DNA of 52,962 bases from Pelomyxa schiedti (lineage: Eukaryota; Protista; Evosea), in assembly GCA_020536535.1 (NCBI GenBank), contig JAHLWZ010000903.1:1-52962 (forward strand). Direction: 5' to 3'. The notes below the pieces were generated by a model. It was not told where the DNA came from. It saw nothing but the letters and a program-made list of their open reading frames with translations, and ran no database searches. Positions within the stretch are counted from its first letter, which is position 1, and every line of letters begins with the position of its first letter. The position numbers and the translations under genes were made by a program. Below are positions 11,555 to 23,390 of the stretch, piece by piece.

Positions 11555-13946
11555 TTAGGGGTTGTGCATGGCAACAACAATTTCTTCTGGGCGTAAGGAT
11601 GTGATCATTGTGAGTGCAGTCTGAAACGTTACAAAGATGTACCCCGCTTCTCCTCGTAGATCATCATCAGACATGAAGTGCTCAATATATTTACAGTCTG
11701 TAGGGTGTTATACATTGCAGGAAAGTGTGAAGTTACCTGTAAAGGGGTGTTGTAAATTGGCTTTTAAAAGTACAAACGCGAAGAGAGGTAGAAAGTCATC
11801 GGCAGTTCTAGAAATGTAAGGTACAGGTACCAACATGTAACCTATTACATAGAAACTGTCCTGCCTTTCCCCCAAAAGTTATCAACACAGGTTTTAATTC
11901 CATGTGCAACATCTAGTGTGGTGAGCAAAATTAAATGGCGTTTTTTTCCTACCAATAAGACACTGGGTCTTTTCCCAAGGCGTTTTGGCTTGGCCAAGTC
12001 TCTTAGCAGCTGCTTAATGTTTAGCACTTTGCACTCCAATGAGGGCATTACCTTCAATTGCCGTTCCATATGGTACAAAATCTGGTGGTTGTACAGTTCC
12101 ATTTCTCTGTTGATGTGGTTAACATGGAAACTTCGTCATGTGAAATAACCTCATTTAGCCAGAATTCCTTTCGTACACCCATTTGTGATGGTGAGATTGA
12201 GGAGTATTGGGCTGAGTGTTGTCTGTAGTTGTCATCATCCCCAGAAAACTGTTTTGGTTTTTTTTCGGTAATTTGGAGGATACTACAGGTATGTACTTGT
12301 GAAACATAACAATCCCACAAAATTGTACGAGCATGTTGAAAAATAATTTCTAGTAATGCACGGTCTACAACTGATTGAATTCTTGTCAGTGATTTGTAGA
12401 CTTTTGTGACATCGTTCCCCATGTTCACTATTCGTGCAAAAAAAGTTTTACCACTTTTTCCTAGAAATCATTTTGACATACTTGCATGTTCTTCAGTAAT
12501 TCTCAGAATCTCCTCCACAGCATTGTCGGTGCCAATATCTGGGACAATTGCGATCTCTGAACAAACTTGATTCAAACTTCGTTTAAGGACAGGTCCGAGA
12601 GGATGTGCCTTCAAACTATTTCAGGTTAAAGTTATTTTCTTGTTCACGAAGTTTTGTGGTTTAAGAAAGAAAGAAACATGTAGAGACTTCGAAACATCTC
12701 GGAAGTGATAGACAAATGTATCAAGATCAAAATCTTCTTCAGTAGCATTTCGTACAGTTTTCAGCCATTGTTGGTACCAGGCCACAACCTACCCAAATAA
12801 TTAGATTGATGCCCTGTCTGAGTGTTCGAGTTAACTTTACTTCATTTCCAGTACTGTTTAGAATTTCAGTATTCTTTTTCGTGGAAACTGGGCTTAATGC
12901 CTGTACTCGTGACTGCTCAATGTCAGAAGTTAATGGGTTGTTTTCACACATACACTATCGTCTTGGGACCATTGAGTGTGATAGTCCTTGAACATATTGA
13001 AAGTCGTGAATAAACCTTCATGTGCAATAGCCCCCCCAACAATAGGTCCTGACGTGACACTTGCCAGTAACCTTTCAGACCCTTCTGGCTACATTCTGTA
13101 AGGGAAATTTTGACATAGTGGCGGATAACAAGAGTAAAAGGGGGCGGGTGTGATTCTGAGCCAAGGGAAGATTCTTTTCGCATGTGAAACTGATCCAATG
13201 TAACATTGTGCCTTAGTGGTCTTCCACATGCCTATTTTGGAATGCACAGTACACATAAGAAAATGGCAATACATTCAAACAGAACCCACCCTGGACATTG
13301 CACGTATTCTTTTTGTGGTTGGTGACACCAGTGTCCAAGAGGGCACTGGTGGAGGGACAAGGTCATCATCAAGTTGAGGTGATGGTGAAGTCGAGTTATG
13401 TTTCTCTCCGCTACAGTCAGCAGCTGTTGTAAAAGAGATGCCAAGGGGAGGAGTAGAAGAAGGAATGCGTGGAAGGCACTCTCCTACATTCAGGATCGGT
13501 GTTTCAAGAGTGGTAAGTAACTTATCCACTGCAATTACATCTTGCTCTGCCGGCGGTAATTCTGCACCATCGGGGGTTGGTGCTGGTGCGGAAAGTGACC
13601 TAAAGCAGTGCAAATCATGAGCACTTCTGGAATGCAAAACGGCGGACGGCCCGTGCGGAGAACGCTCCGTAGGCGGCCGGGACGCCGTCCATCGGCCAGT
13701 TGACGGAGACACGGCGTCCGATGCAGAATCACTACCACTGTGGCTGCGATACCTCAGGGATGCCAAGGAGTCGCAGTTCGCTTCGTCACTCGTAAAATGG
13801 GTGGGTGTGGTACTTGCGGCGTTTAGAAAAAGTGGAGGAGGAGACGATGAAGGAGGGACACTGAGTGGGGTCGGGGAGTGTGCACGCGGATCTGACGAAG
13901 ACATGCAGTTAGATCTCGGACGCCCACAAACAACCGTCGGCTGCAT
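11555..13946 (-). CDS. VPS9-domain protein (Rab5-family GEF), multi-exon
   Basis: Spliced C-terminus TADDFLPLFAFVLLKANLQHPFT|..CKYIEHFMSDDLRGEAGYIFVTFQTAL carries the VPS9 ADD-LP and GE-GY motifs. N-terminal exon is Ser/Pro-rich. Confidence 0.85.
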
Positions 13947-14138
13947 CGTTGCAACAAATATGCCTTTTTATGTTTTCGTTTGATGTCTTAATTTTCTTGC
14001 GACTCTAGAGTTTTTGTCGGTCAACAAACTGATACTGTCACAGGTGGCATCATCCACCGGACTACAAAACGTCCAGTCAAAGGGTCCAGGCATCTCAGAT
14101 ATTCCGAGTTGAGAATCACCCCCAAAAACTCTCATCGG

Positions 14139-16118
14139 ATGCTACGCACTTCGTTCCCTACGGGCAACCCCGCATCCGTCGTCGTCACCGTGCCCGCAAC
14201 GTCGGTGTCGATCGTCGCGCCTCCTTCTGCGACGGCGTCCGACGCCGCGGTCGAGTCTGCCCTCGACGACGTCACTCCCCGGTCGCTCTCGTCGGACGCC
14301 CTTGTGTCCCTCAGGGCCAAGTTCGACGCCGGGCAGGTCGGCGCGGGCGCGGATCTGGAGCGCCTGGCGTCCAACGTCGTGAGGCTGCTGGCCGAGGACA
14401 CCTACGATCTGCAGTGGAAGCACCGCGTCCTGCTCGGGTACCTGGCGGTCGACATCGCCAAGGCGCGGCCGCAGCTGCGCGACCGGCTGCGCGGCGAGAT
14501 GCTGGCGCTGGCGAACCGGCTTATGGGAGCGAGGCAGAAGACGCGGCAGGAGTACTACGGCGACGGCGGCGCCCCCGACGGCGTCAAGGACCTCGCGATG
14601 CTGCCCACCGAGGGCTGGGGCAGCCTCGAGGTCTCGGTGTGGGCCGCCGGCCAGCTGGTGCCGAGGCTATTCGCGGAAGAGGAGCCGGAGTCGCCGGCGA
14701 CCCTGGAATTGGCCCTCAGCTGCGCGAGACACGCGAACAGATACGTGAGGCAGGCTGGGTTTTGCCTCGCCCAGTCTGTTTTGGGCTGCGAGACTCTCAC
14801 GGCCACTGCGAAGGGCAGGCTCCACGCGACCGCGATAGGCTCTGGGCTGGTCCCTGTTGTTGCGCGCGGATTGTGTGACCCTTGGCCTCAGGTGAGGTTC
14901 ACTGCCGCTTTCGCGGCCAGGAACTTCCTGGAATTGGACTCTACACCGAACGGCCGCCGGGTGTGGATAAAGGACCTCCTGGCTCCGCTGTTTGTGTGCC
15001 GGCACGACTTTGCAGAGGGGGTGAGGAGAACGTCGCATGTGAACTGGAGGCGGGCAGTAGGAATGGTTGGAAAGCAACTGCTTGCCCAAAATGCTGCGCT
15101 GATCACAGAGTTCTTGCTCTCTTCAGAGATGGCAGAAACTCATGAGGAGCGAGTTGCTGTGTGCGAGTCTGTAGGTGAATTTGCCGCCCTCGTTTCAAGG
15201 GATGCTGTGCAACCCCACGCCAAAGCACTTGGCCATCTGTTGGTGTTGAGGCTCAAAGACTCCCACTGGAATGTAAGGCTCGCTGCGTGCAATTCGTTGC
15301 ACGACTTTGTTGCAGTTTTTCCAGATGAACTGCTTGCGGACTCAGGGGATAACGAGGCAGGAGTTGTTCGCCAGCTCCTCGGGATGCTAGGTGATGAGAT
15401 TTCTGGTGTTCGGGAGGCCGCAGCAGCCGCCATTGGCGCGTGTGCCCGAAGCACTAGTAATTCCAGTACAAAGGCTCAAATCCATGAACTAATATCCTCT
15501 AGTATCCCAACAATGTTGCTGTGTGTACAAAGCCAGCCTCTTCCTCCTGGGGTACTTTCCCGGGAACACGTATTTACCGAGGAAGAAAAGCACGCTCACG
15601 ATAATGATATTACAGTGCACACATCACAACAGTCATTTGGGTGCTGCAATTTAGACCAACACAACACTACGGCCTCTACTTCTTCAGTCACAGAACCCCC
15701 CTCTTCCGAAACAGTAGCTAGCACTCCTTCCGGTCTTCAAGAAGCACACCAACACCATCACTCTTCAACAGATACAACAACCGATGCATCACCACAATGT
15801 GATGAGCAACCCTGGAGATGGACAGACGGCGCGGTGTACCTACTGCGGGAGGCCTCCAAACTATGGCCAACTGAATCAACACGTTTTCTGACGGAACTGG
15901 ATGCAGCCTCCCGGTGCCGGTGGTTTGCACACCAACAGAATCTTCAGCACACCATTTCACAGCAGCTTCCAGCCATCCTTGTTGCCCTTGGGCCCAGTAA
16001 CACTGTAAAGTATCGGCACTTAGGTCTCCTCACTGGACAACAACAAACACAACACAACAACCCCCATCAAGGCACTGTTTTGCCACCTATGTCAACCAAA
16101 AGAACATCAGACTCCTGA
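14139..16118 (+). CDS. HEAT/ARM-repeat protein
   Basis: Long intronless ORF with repeated HEAT signatures: LCDPWPQVRFTAA, LKDSHWNVRLAAC, LGDEISGVREAAA, HANRYVRQAG. Confidence 0.85.
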   Translation: MLRTSFPTGNPASVVVTVPATSVSIVAPPSATASDAAVESALDDVTPRSLSSDALVSLRAKFDAGQVGAGADLERLASNVVRLLAEDTYDLQWKHRVLLGYLAVDIAKARPQLRDRLRGEMLALANRLMGARQKTRQEYYGDGGAPDGVKDLAMLPTEGWGSLEVSVWAAGQLVPRLFAEEEPESPATLELALSCARHANRYVRQAGFCLAQSVLGCETLTATAKGRLHATAIGSGLVPVVARGLCDPWPQVRFTAAFAARNFLELDSTPNGRRVWIKDLLAPLFVCRHDFAEGVRRTSHVNWRRAVGMVGKQLLAQNAALITEFLLSSEMAETHEERVAVCESVGEFAALVSRDAVQPHAKALGHLLVLRLKDSHWNVRLAACNSLHDFVAVFPDELLADSGDNEAGVVRQLLGMLGDEISGVREAAAAAIGACARSTSNSSTKAQIHELISSSIPTMLLCVQSQPLPPGVLSREHVFTEEEKHAHDNDITVHTSQQSFGCCNLDQHNTTASTSSVTEPPSSETVASTPSGLQEAHQHHHSSTDTTTDASPQCDEQPWRWTDGAVYLLREASKLWPTESTRFLTELDAASRCRWFAHQQNLQHTISQQLPAILVALGPSNTVKYRHLGLLTGQQQTQHNNPHQGTVLPPMSTKRTSDS

Positions 16119-16263
16119 AATTCTAACCTCCCAAAGAGAACAGGTTATTGACCTCTTTGGGTCCCAGTCCCCACGGCACTTCCGCAATCAGAAGTCGTTT
16201 AACCTTTCCGCTAATCGCCCAAACAACAAAATTTTCCTCAATTTCACCTCACAATCACCAAAC

Positions 16264-19119
16264 ATGTCAGGCACACAAGGGACAGGCGCCGACCCGAGCG
16301 AACAAGCAGACTTTGACCCCGACGCCAACGCCGCGGCGCGCTCGGGCTCGGGGTCGGGCTCCGGCGGTAGCAGCTGCACCAACAGCAACGCCCCCGCCAG
16401 GAAGACCAACGCAAGGCCGCGGGCCCGCTCCAGCGGAGCCGACTGCGCCCTCGCCGCGGACGCCGGGGGCGGCTGCGACGCCGAGAAGCCCGCAGCGCCG
16501 GAGGGAGGGGCGGGAGGCAGGTCTCGGGCGTCGTCGTCGTCGTCTCAGCAGCAACAGCAGCAGCAGCAGAAGAGAGAGAGCCGAACGAGCGAGTTTTTGC
16601 GGCGGGCGTGCGGGGACTACTGCAAGAGGTACCGCTCCAAGCAGATCCTGAAGATGCCGACCGAGACGGCCACCAACGTGTACCGCGCCGTGTACACATA
16701 CACCGCCGAGGCCCTGGCCAAGGTCAACTTGCTGAGGCTGGGAGACGAGCTCAACAGGCACCTGATGATTCCGAACCAGCCGCCGGATCCGTCCTCGTCC
16801 TCGTCCTCGTCTTCTTCTACTCTTGGTGTTGCTGCTGCTGCTGCCTCTACTAGTACAAATCATGCCGCGGCGAAGCCGAGGGCGAGGGCTACTTATGGGA
16901 TTTGTGAGGCTTTTCATGGGTCGAACCAGGGGGTGAACAAAAGCCCGTGGTGCCTTCTTTCTAGCGTGGATGTTTGTGACTCAGCTTTTGCGTTCCAAAG
17001 AGCTTTTGCAATCAATGAAGTACCTGACGGCTTTGTATTTGTTGATAGGGAGTTATCACCAAGTAATTTCCACTTTCCGTATTAATAACACTTCAACCCT
17101 TTTTTTTTTTTTTAACGAAAACAAAAGTTCCTTCAAGAAAGAGAATGCCCGTAGCTGCAAGTAATTGTGCCAATCTTTTGAGTCAACAACAAGAACAAGT
17201 AACGCCTGAACCTCGCCAAAAGCTGTTAAAGTCAGTCCCAACTCCTGCCACCCCTCATGTTACTGGGACCCAGACAGATATAATACATAAACTTACTGTA
17301 GAAAATGAATTTCTAAGGCAGCAGGTTACATATTTGGTATGTATACCTGAAGTAAAATTCGTAGCCTAAAACTTTGCAGGCGTCCTTAGCTGGTGTAAGT
17401 TACCTCTTTTCCCCCCCTGCACTATCAAAGGTCCGAGCCTTGCCCGTGTATGCTTTCTATTCTACCTCCCTTATCTAACCCGAAAAGTGCCCAGCCACTT
17501 CTGAATAAAGGAAATCTAATCGAGCAAGCTTCAATAACCAAGGAACCAGCTATGGAAGTTTCCTCTCGGTCTAAGTGCCCAATTTGCTTAGAAGAAAAGC
17601 CTGAAACGATGGTATTTTCTTTGGAATTACCCCAATAACACCCATATCCTCAAGATGTGGAAACTGGGCTGTAATCATGGTGTATGCCACTCGTGTATGA
17701 AAGAATTTGCACATAGAATTCTTAATGGTGCTGACAACCGGTAATGCCATTGTAATTTTTTTTCGTAAGTGACACAGAGCAGGTGCCCTATATGCCGTTT
17801 TTATTTAGACGACACCTATTTGCACCCATTTCTCACAGAAGAAGAAATCCAACAACTACAGTATTACCGAGACGTAGAAGTTTCTGGTATATTTCTTGCT
17901 TTGTAGCACAGTCACTTAACTCAACACTTACATTATCTTTTATGTGCACAAGTTTCTAGGGCAAGTTGCAGTGATTACCTTGAACCTTCATTTCCTGCAA
18001 ACGTGGCATGGAAGAGATGTCCTCGATGCAATGTAGATATTCAAAGAGACATGGTATAACCTTCTCCCTCCTGGTTTTACTTATCCATGTAGACAAACCA
18101 CATTCACTGCGCCTGCAAAGCAGAATTTTGTTACCTATGTGGAGTTCAGCTTTCACCTTCCCACGATAATGCCTGTGCTTCTGGATGTAATTGCTGGAGT
18201 GTGCACTTTGGGTCTAATGGGCACTGCCCCCTGTTTTGCGACAACGACAAAGGAATGTCTATTACAAATTATTCTCCCAACTAATAGAGGTCCAGATGAC
18301 ACGAAATGTCAGGCATCTTCCCCGATCATGTTTTATCAACAAACTTCACCTCCACCTCAAATGGCAGAAGTTCCTCAATTGCAATCGCAAGTTCAAGCAT
18401 CACACATCAACCACCTAGCGCAATCGCAACCACCCGCAACTTTAGCAGAGCCAGTAATACCCATTTCCCCACAGTATCAGCCAATACAACAATCTGGAAC
18501 AGCTCTCCCACTCCAACAGCCTCTTCCGCAAGTTCAACAACTACAGGCCCAACCAGCTGAAGTTCAAAACAGTCCCATTATATACCCACAATCTCTTAAG
18601 CAGGAACTACTACGCACACAGTTGCACGAGCAACAGCAGCAACTGCAACTCTTGCAGCAGCAGATATTTGAACAACAAAAACAGCTGGAGCTGCAATTTG
18701 TCCCGAGGCAGCAGCCTCTACAACAGCCTCCTCCTCTACAACAACCACCCCCCCAACAATACACCACGCAACAGCAGCCTCCCCCGTTCCCCCCCCACAA
18801 GGAGCTCCAGTACCAACCACTGCCTCCGGGTTCTTCCCGCAACATTCCGATTTCCACCAAAAATGCCACTGCGCAGCCGCTGCTAGGCCACTCGCCGCCG
18901 CCGCCAAGTCCCCCTCCGCTCTTCATGCTGCCGAATGGCTCCACGCCATGCACCCCGCAGCTGTCACCAACACCAAACACAATGCCTTTCTCTCCACAGA
19001 AATCATTCTCCCCAGTACACCCCACGGCTGTTGCACCATATGGAGCACAATCTCCCAACCAACCTGCCCCACCAAGTCCCCTTCCTCTTCCTTCCTCACA
19101 CCAAGCCTGGTTTGGTTAA
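16264..19119 (+). CDS. RING + IBR/Rcat-like zinc-finger protein (RBR-related) with uncharacterised N-domain and Q/P-rich tail
   Basis: Exons join in frame through GT-AG introns. RING CPICLEE..|..LGCNHGVCHSC..|RCPIC, then WKRCPRCNVDIQRDM|TNHIHCACKAEFCYLCG..H..C. Confidence 0.8.
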
Positions 19120-19262
19120 AGCTAGGCCCCTCCCCCTACTTATGTATATAAACCTATACTAATAGATGATTCTGCCATCACCAAAAGTTCGTTCCTTGTT
19201 TTTGATTGAAAGTGCGTTGATCTGCAAAAAAAACACAAAATTACATTGATTTTCCATCAAAC

Positions 19263-21943
19263 TTAAACATCGTTTGCCACGCTGCTGGATGTTGGTACTG
19301 CTGTTGCCGATGAGGATGATGCCTTGCTGCGGTGACCGTTGTGTTGCTTTGTGCTGCGAATGTCAGTCTCCGGCACAGAATTCTGAGCTTTTTGGGGTAT
19401 CTGCCCGTGGAACGAGGACAGTGGGAAGTCGTCTTCATAGCAGACATAAACAGTCCTTAGAGTGTCCTCGTTCTTGACCCGAATCATTCTCCTCAGCATG
19501 GTGACACTGTAGCGTGAGAAGTCACCCACTGAATCCAGAAGCTCGTGCATGTGCTCTGACATTGTGATGGTGCAAAGTGGTGTCTTCTCTGGACTGAATA
19601 GAATCGGTTCTGAGTAGCCGGATTCTGGCCACAGATAGCGCCCGCTATCTTCGTATCTTTGTGCTGTATTTACTATGGGGCCATATACATCGGCGTTCAG
19701 CATTTTACTGGTTCCAACAACGCCTATGCTGGCCTTTCCTACAGCCAATCCAATGCGAAGTTTTAGACCTGGGAATCCCGGAAGTCTGCTTGCTAGTAGT
19801 GCATTCAGACCGGGGAGATTTCTCGCAATTAATCTTGCACATTCATGTGCTCTGACACTCAGATCAGTTTCGTCATCATCCAGGGTTGCAAAGCCGAATG
19901 CGGCCATGAATCCATCCCCTAGCCGCTTTGTAAGACCTCTCTTATGGAAGATCGGAGATTCTAGCTTGCTCAGGAAGCAATGTAGAATTAGGGGAAGGCT
20001 TGATTCAAAAGAGGTACATAACACAGAGAATCTGTTAGAGGTTAGATGAGTCTCGAGACAATGAAGATCCACACTTCACAATGTCAACAAAGAGGACAGC
20101 TACATTCTTATATCTAAGCCCTGTGCGGTGAATTCCAGCCAAGAAGTCAGCCTTACTCATTCCAACAAATACACTGGGATAGAACCTAGGCGCTAATGAG
20201 ACACAGAATTCCGTAAATAAAGTACTTCTTCAATTCGTGATTATTCTCTGCTAATTGGTCCACTGCATCAGCTATATCATCCATTTCGGAGAACCAAACA
20301 CTGAGCTTGTAACCCTTCAAGGAGTCTCTATTCGAAACAAGGCCTTCATTTTCGTCATCCTGGCTCAGAAGTGTTGTACCATCAGATTGATAATCATGAA
20401 GCCATTTCACTGCTTTCTAGGGGGAATTAAGTTTTTGCAGCATTTTCATAGTGTAAAGCGGTGTTCACCTTGATTCTACTGAGTCCGAAATTCACACTTC
20501 CAACAGTTGCCACTACAGCAACAACACCGAATGTCAAAGCAATAATAAGACCCACAGCAGCCCTTATGAACGAAGTTCTACGGGCCCTGTAGAAGTAAGA
20601 CTGATCTCCAAGAGTAATTATGTAGGCATCAAATCCGCAGCATGATGCGCCTACTCTAGATGTGGCTACAAGAACTCCATCTATTTTAGTCTGCATTGTT
20701 TGGCCTTTGGTCATATTCCTTGAGACGGCATCAGCGAATGCGCGCTTGACAACGTTGGAAGTGGAATTGGCAACAGGAATAGGAGCGGTCTTGTTTATAT
20801 TGGTCGCGTTATCATACACAGGATCGGTGTAAACTGGTTCCAGAGAGCTTGCAATCATCAATCCAGAGGCATCCACTGCTGCTACTCCCGTGATGCCATT
20901 CACTCCAATGAGATTGGAAAACTCACTAGATATAAAATCTGGTGACATTGCGAACACGACTACTCCCCTCAGGCGTGGAGAATTGGAACTGGAATTTGCC
21001 ATGAGTGCTGCTCCAATTGTCACAGTTGTTTTGCCTCCTGGATCCGTGCCTATTTGTGTCCAGATTGGTTTTCCTGAGATGAAGGACGCCCAGCAGTTCG
21101 TAGAATTCATATCAGCCATTTCTGACACGATACTATTTGGAGCTCCAGGCGGGCCCATTTTGGATATGGTTTGCAGTGTATCTACATCAAACAAGTATGA
21201 CTTGGAGAGAGAATCAGAATTTGGGAACAAAAGCATGGTTGTACCTGCTTTTTGCATGAAGGGAGTGTGTGGGGATAGCAGGGCTGCAATCCTATCTTGT
21301 TATATGTTGGATACCGCTTAATCATCATGAATCCAGTGGAAGCTAGTACAAGTAAGTCCAAACAAAAAAAGCCTAGAGAAAAAGTGGGATATTAATACAC
21401 ACTATAGAGAGCGACCAATTTGCCGCACTTGGAGTCCCTGGAAGGCAGAGTCCAGGCGTACGAGACATTCTCAGCCAGGCGGTCGTACTCCTCCCCATCA
21501 GGCAAGGTTCCCACAGCAGCATTTATCCAGCTGGCCAAGTCATCCAGCAGCCCCTCGCAGTGGGACAGGCTCGACGACATGGACCCCACGGTGTACCCAC
21601 TGGCCAGGGCCAGGGACTTCTCCGCAGTCTGGGAGCTGAGGTGCATGATGGTGTCCCCCGTGATGCCCCACACGGTCATTGTGGGGACAAGCACAGCCAG
21701 GGCGCAGGCGAACAGCACGAGGGCAGTGAGGGGCAGCCGCGAGCAGTGGGAGATGTGCCTGGCCGAGGCGGCGGGGGGCTCCCAGCCGGCCCCGCGGGAC
21801 CCCAGCTCCACCGAGCTGAGGGACCCCGCGGAGCTGGGGCGGCTGAGGCCCAGGCTGAGGGACAGGTGGGAGGGGGGGCCGGAGCTGTGGGAGGACGGAG
21901 TGGGGGCATCTTCGTCGATGGGCGAGACGCGGGATGATGACAT
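19263..21943 (-). CDS. Receptor-type class III nucleotide cyclase (probably adenylate cyclase) with two TM helices and an extracellular sensor domain
   Basis: Cyclase motifs AVLFVDIV, TKRLGDGFMAAF, LRIGLAVG and DVYGPIVNTAQRYE. TM segments LTALVLFACALAVLV and AAVGLIIALTFGVVAVV flank a ~300-aa luminal region. Confidence 0.88.
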
Positions 21944-22758
21944 GTCTTTTTTTGGGTGGGTGGGGGGCGGGGTGCAGGGCTTGAGTGCTGTGTTTGTTTT
22001 TTTTACGGTTTCAAGCGAGTTTCTTCGTCGACGAGACCTTCCAGAGCAGCCTAATAAGGTTCATTGATGTTTGGCAAAAAAGGTTCGGTACACGGAAATC
22101 AAGTTCCTTGGGCGGGTCACTTAGAGTTGCAGCAACCGTCGACTGGCTTCGCTCATTTTTTCGCTTTGTTCTTTTCCACACTTTTCACAGTGGCCTGTGA
22201 AAAGATAAGCAAGGAAACCCACCAAGTCAATAACTAATCCAGCAGTGCGATCAACAGGTGGGGAATTGAGGTGGGGATTATTGGGGGTGGTTGTTGTGCT
22301 TTGGTTGGTGTCATTTTCGGTAACAGGCAGAAGATTGCAGTACGATTAGTTGGGGGTTCAGGGTTCCAGAGAAATGGATCTGTTGTACTAATTTTGGGTC
22401 TTTTTTTCCACAACAAATTCAGCCAAAAAGAGTCATTTATTTTCCTTTTTTTTTTGTGTACATGGGTACAGTTCTTTGGCTACTAACCACTGTGATCCTT
22501 ATCATGATGGGAAAGACAAACCAGAGCACCGTTTTGGACAAACCAGTCAACGGCTTTGTCTCGCTCAATTTCATTTGTGAAGGAAAAATGAGAAGGCGAA
22601 ACTTATGAGGTCCCTTCACGGGAACGTGAGTATTAAAACGAAACAATTTAGATTAGGTCTTACTTGAAAACGGTTCAAACAGTCTTCCTTGCCTGCCGTC
22701 CATGATTCCCATGACCCGAAAGTTACCACAAACATTGGCTTGTGTATGCTCATTCCTA

Positions 22759-23151
22759 TCAAAGCACCATTGAATGACAACTTGTCTGCTGGCCACACAT
22801 GCGTGGATTCCCATACTTTACAACGGTTGTATTGGAGGAAGATGGAAAGAGCATATGAAGAACTTTTGGGGTGGCACTCGTCCTCGGGAGCAGTTCCACT
22901 GTCGTATGGTTTTCAGAAAATAAGACGCCGGTCATCCCCGGATTTTTCATCAACCACAGCCCAGCATCCAGGACATCGATGTCGTGATACACCCTCTGCA
23001 GCATCACAATCTTCTTGCACCCGCCAATAGCGTTGAGAGCCAACGGGTACGTACCATTTTGCACGCTTTCGGGGTCCTGCGGCGTGGGGGCGAACTCGGC
23101 AGCTCTCGACTTGAACACAACGCGGCCGTCGGACCACACGGAGAGCCCCAT
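22759..23151 (-). CDS. Hypothetical protein (may extend 5' to an ATG at ~23248 via an intron)
   Basis: 130-aa ORF with a GC-rich 5' part, divergent from VPS33. No recognisable domain. Confidence 0.4.
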   Translation of the reverse strand: MGLSVWSDGRVVFKSRAAEFAPTPQDPESVQNGTYPLALNAIGGCKKIVMLQRVYHDIDVLDAGLWLMKNPGMTGVLFSENHTTVELLPRTSATPKVLHMLFPSSSNTTVVKYGNPRMCGQQTSCHSMVL

Positions 23152-23390
23152 GATGTCCTCGCCGTTGCCGGTTCTCCCGATTGTGTCCGGGTAGGTCTTT
23201 GTGTATCATCTCGGGCCTCTGTGCTTCCTCGTCTACAGAAAGTCTCATCGTCGAAACAGCACTCGAGCTCGTTTTATGCGCCTCCGTTGTAGGCGTACTC
23301 CGCAGTTTCAGTTCAAGGTTTTTTTTTTTCACTCCTTTTTCGCCCCAACCATCACAAGGAAACAGACGAAAAACAAAGTTTTGTACCGTA

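Noticed and set aside
14132-16917. Many overlapping ORFs in GC-rich blocks (also 21420-22067, 22913-23725, 42493-42976, 48421-49314)
   Set aside because: Stop codons are scarce in GC-rich sequence, and only one frame per locus has domain motifs.
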